DNA of 64,000 nucleotides, taken from NCBI GenBank assembly GCA_046045965.1, contig JBJOKS010000015.1, positions 61,474 to 125,473 on the forward strand, given 5' to 3'. The notes beneath the pieces are model-generated. The model made no database searches. It was not told the DNA's origin and was given only the letters and a program-made list of their open reading frames with translations. Shown in pieces: positions 57,624 to 64,000 of the stretch. The first letter of the stretch is position 1, and each line of letters begins with the position of its first letter. This DNA is from Cyanobacteriota bacterium (GTDB lineage: Bacteria > Cyanobacteriota > Cyanobacteriia > Cyanobacteriales > Nostocaceae). The position numbers were made by a program, and so were the translations under genes.

Positions 57624-59006
57624 ATGGACTCTGTTCAAGTCGAAATACCTGCATCTTTAAATCTGGAAATTGCTCAGATTGAGTCGTCCAAAACTGTTTT
57701 ATCTTCTCAATCTCAATCTAGCTTTCGTTTTCCTAAAAATGCTATTCGCACAAGTTTAAAAGCATCTACTCTAGATGCTATTTTCGCCACAATTTTTTCT
57801 CTTACTACTGGGGGAATTTTACTTAGTAATTTTTTGGTAGAATTGGATGCTAGTCCGGTGGTTTTTGGGATGCTTTCTTCAATTCCTATGCTGGTGAATT
57901 TGATTCAGCCGTTGGGTGCTTATATCTCAGAACGGACTACTAGCCGGTTTGAGTATTCGGCGGTTGTTTATGGAATTTCTCGGCTGTTGTGGCTGATTTT
58001 AGTAATAGGTATTATCGGTACAGGGTTGGGATTTATAAATTCTCAACAGTTGGTGATATTAACTTTGTTAATTGTTTTTTTTAGTCATCTTTCAGGTGGA
58101 CTGGGAAGTGCATCTTGGATGAGTTGGTTAGCAATAATTGTCCCCCGACGTTTGCGTGGTAGATATTTTGGTATCCGCAATAGTGCTACCAGTTTGACTA
58201 ATTTGTTGTGTGTACCTTTGGCTGGGTTTGCTGTTTCTCATTGGTATGGGGGAACTCTTCAAGGTTATGGTGTGGTTTTGTTTGTAGGGGTTTTATTTGG
58301 GTTAGTTAGTTTAGGATGTCAGTATTTCAAAATTGATGTTAATCCCCAATTACAAAATACATATATTATAGTTGATTCTCCAAACAGTAAAAATGATTTG
58401 GTATCAATTCCACAACAGCAATGGGATGAAAATATCTGGAAAAATTCTAATTTTTGGATATTTTTACTTTATTTCAGTTTATGGATGTTGGCTTTTAATC
58501 TCTGCGCTCCTTTTGTTAATCTTTATCTGCTGGAAACTTTAAATTTAGATGTGGGTTGGGTGACGGTTTATAGCAGTCTGCAAGCAGGAGCAAATTTGTT
58601 GATGGTGGTGCTGTGGGGTAAATTAGCAGATAAGGTGGGAAATCGCCCCATTTTAATATTTACGGGGATTATTGTTGCGGTTACGCCTTTGCTGTGGTTT
58701 GGAATTGGTGATAGTAATTTAGATATCTGGTTGTGGCTACCACTATTACATATTTTTATTGGTGGTATTGGAGCTGGGGTAGATTTATGTAATAACAATA
58801 TGCAAATTGGCATTACCCCAGTTAGAAATCAGTCTATTTATTTTGCGATCGCTGCTGCTATTGCGGGTGTAACTGGTGCAGTAGGAACAACCATTGGCGG
58901 TTTTATCGCTCAATCTCCCCATTTTGGCGGTTTACTAGGTTTATTTGCCCTTTCTAGTATTTGCCGACTTGCAGCACTGATCCCACTGATTTTTGTTAAG
59001 GAATAG
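57624..59006 (+). CDS. MFS transporter
   Basis: 12 TMs, RLRGRYFG, WGKLADKVGNRP. Confidence 0.9.
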   Translation: MDSVQVEIPASLNLEIAQIESSKTVLSSQSQSSFRFPKNAIRTSLKASTLDAIFATIFSLTTGGILLSNFLVELDASPVVFGMLSSIPMLVNLIQPLGAYISERTTSRFEYSAVVYGISRLLWLILVIGIIGTGLGFINSQQLVILTLLIVFFSHLSGGLGSASWMSWLAIIVPRRLRGRYFGIRNSATSLTNLLCVPLAGFAVSHWYGGTLQGYGVVLFVGVLFGLVSLGCQYFKIDVNPQLQNTYIIVDSPNSKNDLVSIPQQQWDENIWKNSNFWIFLLYFSLWMLAFNLCAPFVNLYLLETLNLDVGWVTVYSSLQAGANLLMVVLWGKLADKVGNRPILIFTGIIVAVTPLLWFGIGDSNLDIWLWLPLLHIFIGGIGAGVDLCNNNMQIGITPVRNQSIYFAIAAAIAGVTGAVGTTIGGFIAQSPHFGGLLGLFALSSICRLAALIPLIFVKE

Positions 59007-59073
59007 GTGACAGGGAATAGATAATTATTTATTCTTCCCAGTCCCCAGTCCCCAGTCCCCATTCCCTAGTCTC

Positions 59074-60024
59074 CTACTCAACAGCGGTAGAACTCAATTT
59101 CATGGTTTCCCACATCACCATATTGGGTGTAGTTGGCATTGGTTGGTGTAAAGCTATTAGCTGTGCTAATGTGTTCTTTAATTGGGTGCGGGGGACGATA
59201 TCATCCACAAAACCATGTTTGAGTAAATCTTCAGCGGTTTGGAAATCTTCGGGTAGTTTTTCCCGCAGGGTTTGTTCAATGACTCGTCTTCCGGCAAAAC
59301 CGATGGTGGCTTTGGGTTCAGCGATGATCAGATCACCCAACATAGCAAAACTCGCGGTAACGCCTCCTGTGGTGGGATTTGTTAACACGGGAATGTACAA
59401 TAAACGGGCATCTTGATGACGTTGTAAGGCGGCGGATATTTTCGCCATTTGCATTAAGGAAAGCATTCCTTCTTGCATTCTCGCACCGCCAGAAGTGCAG
59501 ATAATCACAACAGGATAACGGCGTTGTGTAGCTTGTTCTATTAAGCGGGTGAGTTTTTCACCGACAACAGAACCCATGCTACCACCCATAAAGCGGAAGT
59601 CCATGACTCCTAAAGCGATGGGTAAACCGTTAATTTGACCTAAACCGGTTTTTACTGCGTCTGTTAAACCGATTTTTTCCTGAGTTTCCCGGATGCGATC
59701 GCTGTAGAGTTTGCGATCGCGAAATCCTAAAGGATCTGTAGGTCGCAAATGCTCATCTAAGGGTTTCCAGGTATTTGCATCTATCAACTGACGGATACGC
59801 TCATCACTATCTACCCGATTATGATGGCCACATTCTGCACAAACCATTTGATTGGCTTTTAGGTCTTTAGCATAAGCCAAAACCCCACATTTAGGGCATT
59901 TGTGCCACAAACCGTCCGCAATTTCCCGTTCTTGGCGTTCTAAATTAGTAGATCCTGATTTACGACGATTTGCAAACCAATCAAATAGAGACTTTAAACC
60001 GCGTGATTCTTCGTTGTTTGCCAT
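59074..60024 (-). CDS. accD: Acetyl-CoA carboxylase carboxyltransferase beta subunit
   Basis: [45 protein letters not shown]. Confidence 0.98.
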   Translation of the reverse strand: MANNEESRGLKSLFDWFANRRKSGSTNLERQEREIADGLWHKCPKCGVLAYAKDLKANQMVCAECGHHNRVDSDERIRQLIDANTWKPLDEHLRPTDPLGFRDRKLYSDRIRETQEKIGLTDAVKTGLGQINGLPIALGVMDFRFMGGSMGSVVGEKLTRLIEQATQRRYPVVIICTSGGARMQEGMLSLMQMAKISAALQRHQDARLLYIPVLTNPTTGGVTASFAMLGDLIIAEPKATIGFAGRRVIEQTLREKLPEDFQTAEDLLKHGFVDDIVPRTQLKNTLAQLIALHQPMPTTPNMVMWETMKLSSTAVE

Positions 60025-60074
60025 TTTTATCTTATTTAACTAGGTATGAGGTTCAAAACAGGTCAATCAACTTG

Positions 60075-60106
60075 GGATTTTAGATTTTAGATTTTAGATT
60101 TTAGAT
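60075..60106. repeat. STRR heptamer repeat (GATTTTA)n
   Basis: Tandem 7-mers in the accD leader. Confidence 0.85.
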
Positions 60107-60641
60107 TGACCTCACACATTTTTTTGTGGGTATTGAGAATTGTTGATTTGAGAATGATGTTTTCTGGTTTTGACTACATCATCAAATAATGCTTGTAAAC
60201 AATTTCAGACAAGATTTTGGATTTTTTTGTTGACAATTTCATCAAAATGCTGCTGCCAATACAATTTTCTTCATCCGTGTCAGGGGACTTTATTATATCA
60301 ACGTATCGGCAAAGATTGGAAAATACAAAACCTTCATGAAAATGAATCTTTTTACCAACACATCATCCTGATTCCTCAATTATCAGCAGTCAGCATTGAT
60401 GGAATTAGTTATATTTGCCAGCTGCCAGAATTTTTCTTTGAGTGTAATACAATTCACAGGTTAATCTTACCAAAATATAAAGAGCAAATGAAGTAATTGT
60501 GGTTACAGTCATGGAGGATGTAGGTTGCTGAAGATGAGAAGAAAAGACATTTAAATTGAATATTCAAGAAATGGGATTTTCAAGTTGGAATTTGATGATA
60601 ATAGGAAACAGGGAAGAATAATAACTGACAAACGCTATATT

Positions 60642-61463
60642 TCAAGATACTGGTAGCACTAGCCGCAGGTAGTACGATAAAATAGCTTCACCGCTAAAAA
60701 CAGCAATTACGGCTCCCAACGCTAAGAAAGGACCAAAAGGCATCTTTTGTCCCATTTTATGACGTGAGAGGATAATTGCACCTCCACCTACTAATACTCC
60801 CAAACAGCAGGCCATAAAACTAGCTATGAGTAAATGCTTCCAACCTAACCAAGCTCCCATCATGGCTGCTAGTTTCGCATCACCTGCACCCATAACAGCT
60901 TTACCAAAGGCCAGAGAACCCAAAATTGAGATGCTATCAAATAGCCATAAACCAACTACTGCACCAGCTATACCGAAAATGAGGTGCTTTACCAAACCTA
61001 CCCAGCTAGTTTCTGTTAAAAAACCTACAACCATTTGAAAAACTAAGCCCAATACCAACCCTGACTTAGTAAGTGGACCAGGTAAGATCATTGTATCCCA
61101 GTCTATAAGGGAAAGAGCCAATAACCAACTGCAAAAAGCCCAATAACCTATGGTTAAAATGGAAAATTGAAATACCGAAAATACTATTAAAAATATAATG
61201 CCCGTTATTGCCTCTACCACGGGATAACGACGAGAAATTTTACTGTGACAATAACGGCATTTTCCTTTTAACCACAACCAACCAAAAACCGGCACATTAT
61301 CATAAGCCTTTAATTGGTTTAAGCAATGAGGACAACGAGAAGGCGGCCAAAGCAATGATAATCCCGCAGGTAGGCGATAAACTACAACATTGATAAAGCT
61401 ACCAATAGCTGCACCTAAAGCGAAGACAATGATACTAGTAGGGACGAAGATAAAAATGTCCAT
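60642..61463 (-). CDS. pilD: Prepilin peptidase
   Basis: GSFINVVVYRLP, SRCPHC, GKCRYC, LIDW, MGAGDAKL, PFGPFL. Confidence 0.96.
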   Translation of the reverse strand: MDIFIFVPTSIIVFALGAAIGSFINVVVYRLPAGLSLLWPPSRCPHCLNQLKAYDNVPVFGWLWLKGKCRYCHSKISRRYPVVEAITGIIFLIVFSVFQFSILTIGYWAFCSWLLALSLIDWDTMILPGPLTKSGLVLGLVFQMVVGFLTETSWVGLVKHLIFGIAGAVVGLWLFDSISILGSLAFGKAVMGAGDAKLAAMMGAWLGWKHLLIASFMACCLGVLVGGGAIILSRHKMGQKMPFGPFLALGAVIAVFSGEAILSYYLRLVLPVS

Positions 61464-61527
61464 ATTGTCAGTTGTCATTAGTCAGTAGTCATTAGTTATT
61501 TTTACCCAGTCACCAATCACCAATCAC

Positions 61528-61788
61528 CTAATACATATACGATTCGATTTGCTGTAAAGGTATAAAACATTCTTGTGGTAATAGAATTGGTTGCTGAGTA
61601 AAAATCACCTTTCCCCGATGAGTTAGGCGACTAATTGCTACTCCTGAAGGTTGCCCTACAATTTCAGGATGTACCTCACAGTAGGTATAATAGATTTGCC
61701 CAGCGGCTTTAATCACAGCGGTATCTACCAAAGGCGTTTGATTTGGTGGGGCAGTAAAATTTCCCTGTCCTTGTTGTGAAGCGTACAC
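61528..61788 (-). CDS. Conserved small cyanobacterial hypothetical protein
   Basis: GVAI...RGKVIF..PILLPQECFIP; co-oriented between leuB and pilD. Confidence 0.75.
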   Translation of the reverse strand: MYASQQGQGNFTAPPNQTPLVDTAVIKAAGQIYYTYCEVHPEIVGQPSGVAISRLTHRGKVIFTQQPILLPQECFIPLQQIESYMY

Positions 61789-61894
61789 TATTAGTTTTTA
61801 TGTTATTGATAGATTTGCTTCTAGTTTATCTGAAACTTTTAGCAAAAAACGCTAAAGTTTCCATTGCTAAAATTTTCGTTTTAGTACAATCAAA

Positions 61895-62983
61895 CTATTT
61901 GGCTTCAAGAATTTGTATTAAAGCGTCACCCATAGCGCGACAACCTAAAAGATTCATTCCTGGGGACATAATATCTCCTGTGCGATCGCCTTGTTGTAAA
62001 ACTTGTAACACTGCATTTTCAATCAAGTCTGCTGCTGCTGGTTGGTCTAAACCATAACGTAACATCATCGCTGCACTTAAAATCTGTGCTAAGGGGTTGG
62101 CTTTATCAAGTCCTGCAATATCCGGTGCTGAACCATGAACAGGTTCATATACACCTGGTCCTGAAGCACCCAAACTAGCAGAAGGTAACATCCCAATACT
62201 ACCAGTTAGCATGGCCGCCGCATCCGAGAGAATATCACCAAACAAGTTACCAGTCACAATAGTATCGAACTGTTTAGGAGCGCGGACTAATTGCATGGCT
62301 GCATTATCTACATATAAATGAGATAGCTCAATTTCTGGATATTCTGAAGCTAGTTTAGTCATGCCTTCGCGCCACAGTTGAGATACATCTAATACATTTG
62401 CTTTATCAACAGAACAAAGTTTTCCGCCGCGTTTTTGTGCTGTTTCAAAAGCAACTCGTCCAATTCTCTCAATTTCTGATTCGCTGTAAACCATCGTATT
62501 TACCCCACGTCTTTCGCCTGTTTCTGTAGCGAAAATACCTTTTGGTTTACCGAAATAAATTCCTCCTGTGAGTTCACGCACCACCATAATATCAACACCT
62601 TCCACTACTTCCCGTTTCAAAGTGGAAGCGTCTATTAACTGGGGTAGGATTTTTGCAGGTCGTAAATTTGCAAATAGTTCTAAACCTGCTCTTAGTCCTA
62701 ACAAACCCGCTTCAGGACGCTTATCAGAAGGTAAGGAGTCCCATTTATAACCACCGATAGCAGCGAGTAATACTGAATCACTGCTACGACAAGTTTCTAA
62801 AGTTGCGGATGGTAGAGGTTCACCAGTTTCATCAATAGCTGCACCACCGATAAGAGCGGTTTGAAAGTCAAAGTTAATATCAAAGCGTTTAGCGACGACT
62901 TTTAGCACGTCCACAGCAACGGCCATTATTTCTGGTCCGATACCATCGCCAGGAAGTAGGGTTATACGGTAGTTTTGTGTCAT
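61895..62983 (-). CDS. leuB: 3-isopropylmalate dehydrogenase
   Basis: [51 protein letters not shown]. Confidence 0.98.
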   Translation of the reverse strand: MTQNYRITLLPGDGIGPEIMAVAVDVLKVVAKRFDINFDFQTALIGGAAIDETGEPLPSATLETCRSSDSVLLAAIGGYKWDSLPSDKRPEAGLLGLRAGLELFANLRPAKILPQLIDASTLKREVVEGVDIMVVRELTGGIYFGKPKGIFATETGERRGVNTMVYSESEIERIGRVAFETAQKRGGKLCSVDKANVLDVSQLWREGMTKLASEYPEIELSHLYVDNAAMQLVRAPKQFDTIVTGNLFGDILSDAAAMLTGSIGMLPSASLGASGPGVYEPVHGSAPDIAGLDKANPLAQILSAAMMLRYGLDQPAAADLIENAVLQVLQQGDRTGDIMSPGMNLLGCRAMGDALIQILEAK

Positions 62984-63327
62984 GGTTGTGTTAATGGGTG
63001 TTTGTTTGCAGATTTATTATCATACCAGTGAGTAGTCAGAAGTTAGCACTTAGGTTTTTATGTCTCACCCAAAGACGCAAAGGAAGAAGGCAAAAGGTAT
63101 GGTAAAAAGATATGAAAACTGATGTAATTTTCAAGCTTTAATTTTCATCTTGTGTCACATACTCCAGAGTATTGATTGCTATCAAAAATAGCAGAAAAAA
63201 ACTTGCCTATTAATTATCAAACAAAAACAGAATTATCAAACTTTATTTATCTGGAAATATAGATTTTTTATTCTTTGGTGTTATGATCAAGAATAATAAC
63301 AATAATTACCTTTGGGAGTTTGAGGCA

Positions 63328-63594
63328 ATGACTACCCTGAATACCATCAATTTACCCGATGAATTATATCAAGAACTGCAAGCATTAGCTCAAGCTGAAA
63401 ATGATTCTATAGAATCTCAAGTTGTGGTTCTTTTACAAAAAGCGTTGCAGATAAAAAAACAGCAAACAGAAGTAGAAAGACGTAATAATGTTTTGCAAGC
63501 ATTAGAGGAAAGTCGTAACCGTCGGCGCTTAAATCCAGCCGATTTTGGTTTACCAGATAGTACAGAAATGATTAGAGAAGATAGAGACAGATGA
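63328..63594 (+). CDS. Putative antitoxin (RHH/FitA-like)
   Basis: NLPDELYQELQALAQAENDSI and C-terminal DSTEMIREDRDR; ATGA overlap with the PIN gene. Confidence 0.8.
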   Translation: MTTLNTINLPDELYQELQALAQAENDSIESQVVVLLQKALQIKKQQTEVERRNNVLQALEESRNRRRLNPADFGLPDSTEMIREDRDR

Positions 63595-63875
63595 CTACTA
63601 CTCTTAAATGTGTATTAGATACCAGTGTGTGCATTAAATATTTTATTGCTGATCCTCAGACACCTAAAGTTATCGAACTTTTTGCTCACCTTGCTTATCC
63701 GCAAACAGAAATCTTTGTACCAGAACTATTTTATATAGAATGTACAAATGTTTTCTTGAAATATGTACGTGCAAATATGTACACTGCTGCTGAAGTCCAA
63801 GCAGATTTAGCTACTCTCAAGAATTTACAATTACAAGTAGTTTCCACTGCTGATTTAATGGAGGATGCAGTTAAT
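63591..63875 (+). pseudogene. vapC: PIN-domain (VapC-like) toxin interrupted by an insertion
   Basis: VLDTSV..FYIECTNV PIN motifs; PIN-like sequence stops at EDAVN, and the YD-containing C-terminus is missing within the window. Confidence 0.78.
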
Positions 63876-64000
63876 CAGGACTTACGCAACTGGCACAGGC
63901 GATCGCTATATTATAATATGTTTGTACTGCAACAAGTGACGCAACTGGCAAAATCAGTCTCGGCGTGGTGGTTATGTGCCTTCAATATCAACTAGGGTTA
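63876..64000. mobile_element. End of an IS/MITE inserted in vapC (continues beyond window)
   Basis: Begins CAGGACTTACGCA, nearly identical to the element end at 18739. Confidence 0.65.

Larger units (their letters stand above)
1..64000. repeat. HIP1 octamer GCGATCGC dispersed throughout
   Basis: Many copies despite high AT content, e.g. 3430, 4633, 13510, 63899. Confidence 0.95.

Noticed and set aside
60170..60496. 108-aa ORF divergent from accD
   Set aside because: TTG start, no recognisable motif, and it overlaps a likely accD promoter (TGATATAAT on the minus strand at 60292-60300); left uncalled.
1872..62750. Numerous 60-135-aa ORFs antisense to or overlapping long genes
   Set aside because: No motifs; expected shadow ORFs of well-supported CDSs.

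Overview
A 64-kb chromosomal segment from a filamentous, probably heterocyst-forming cyanobacterium (Nostocales-like). The basis is frequent HIP1 GCGATCGC octamers, 7-nt STRR tandem repeats in most intergenic spacers, and a psbV-petE-cytochrome c6-like cluster. It opens with a double-glycine peptide locus: precursor(s), a C39-peptidase ABC exporter, HlyD and an unusual three-gene regulatory module. It continues with rnz, a secreted lysozyme-like/RTX protein, Wzc-like and SpoIID-like genes, tRNA-Gln, a Ser/Thr kinase-GUN4 fusion, Omp85 and two-component clusters. Further on are a Spy-DUF1800-DUF1501 operon, kptA, a general-stress cluster (GlsB, ChaB, Dps), a trcR-like RHH repressor locus, tRNA-Glu, an antiporter and photosynthetic electron carriers. 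It ends with a sugar ABC transporter interrupted by a hybrid kinase, accD, pilD, leuB and a disrupted vapBC-type module. Many MITE/REP-like elements and two tnpB 3'-end remnants are present. No CRISPR array or rRNA was seen. The most interesting candidates point to an undescribed translational-stress module. (1) An 80-codon basic ORF (16662-16904, -) has a KGRGGS motif and an intrinsic terminator inside its coding sequence, the non-stop-mRNA architecture of ArfA/BrfA ribosome-rescue factors. Its promoter shares motifs with the trcR promoter. (2) A leader-peptide/terminator/antiterminator arrangement sits between trcR and the alr0857-family gene. Both are inferences from sequence and need testing. 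All family assignments come from motif recognition and memory, not database searches.
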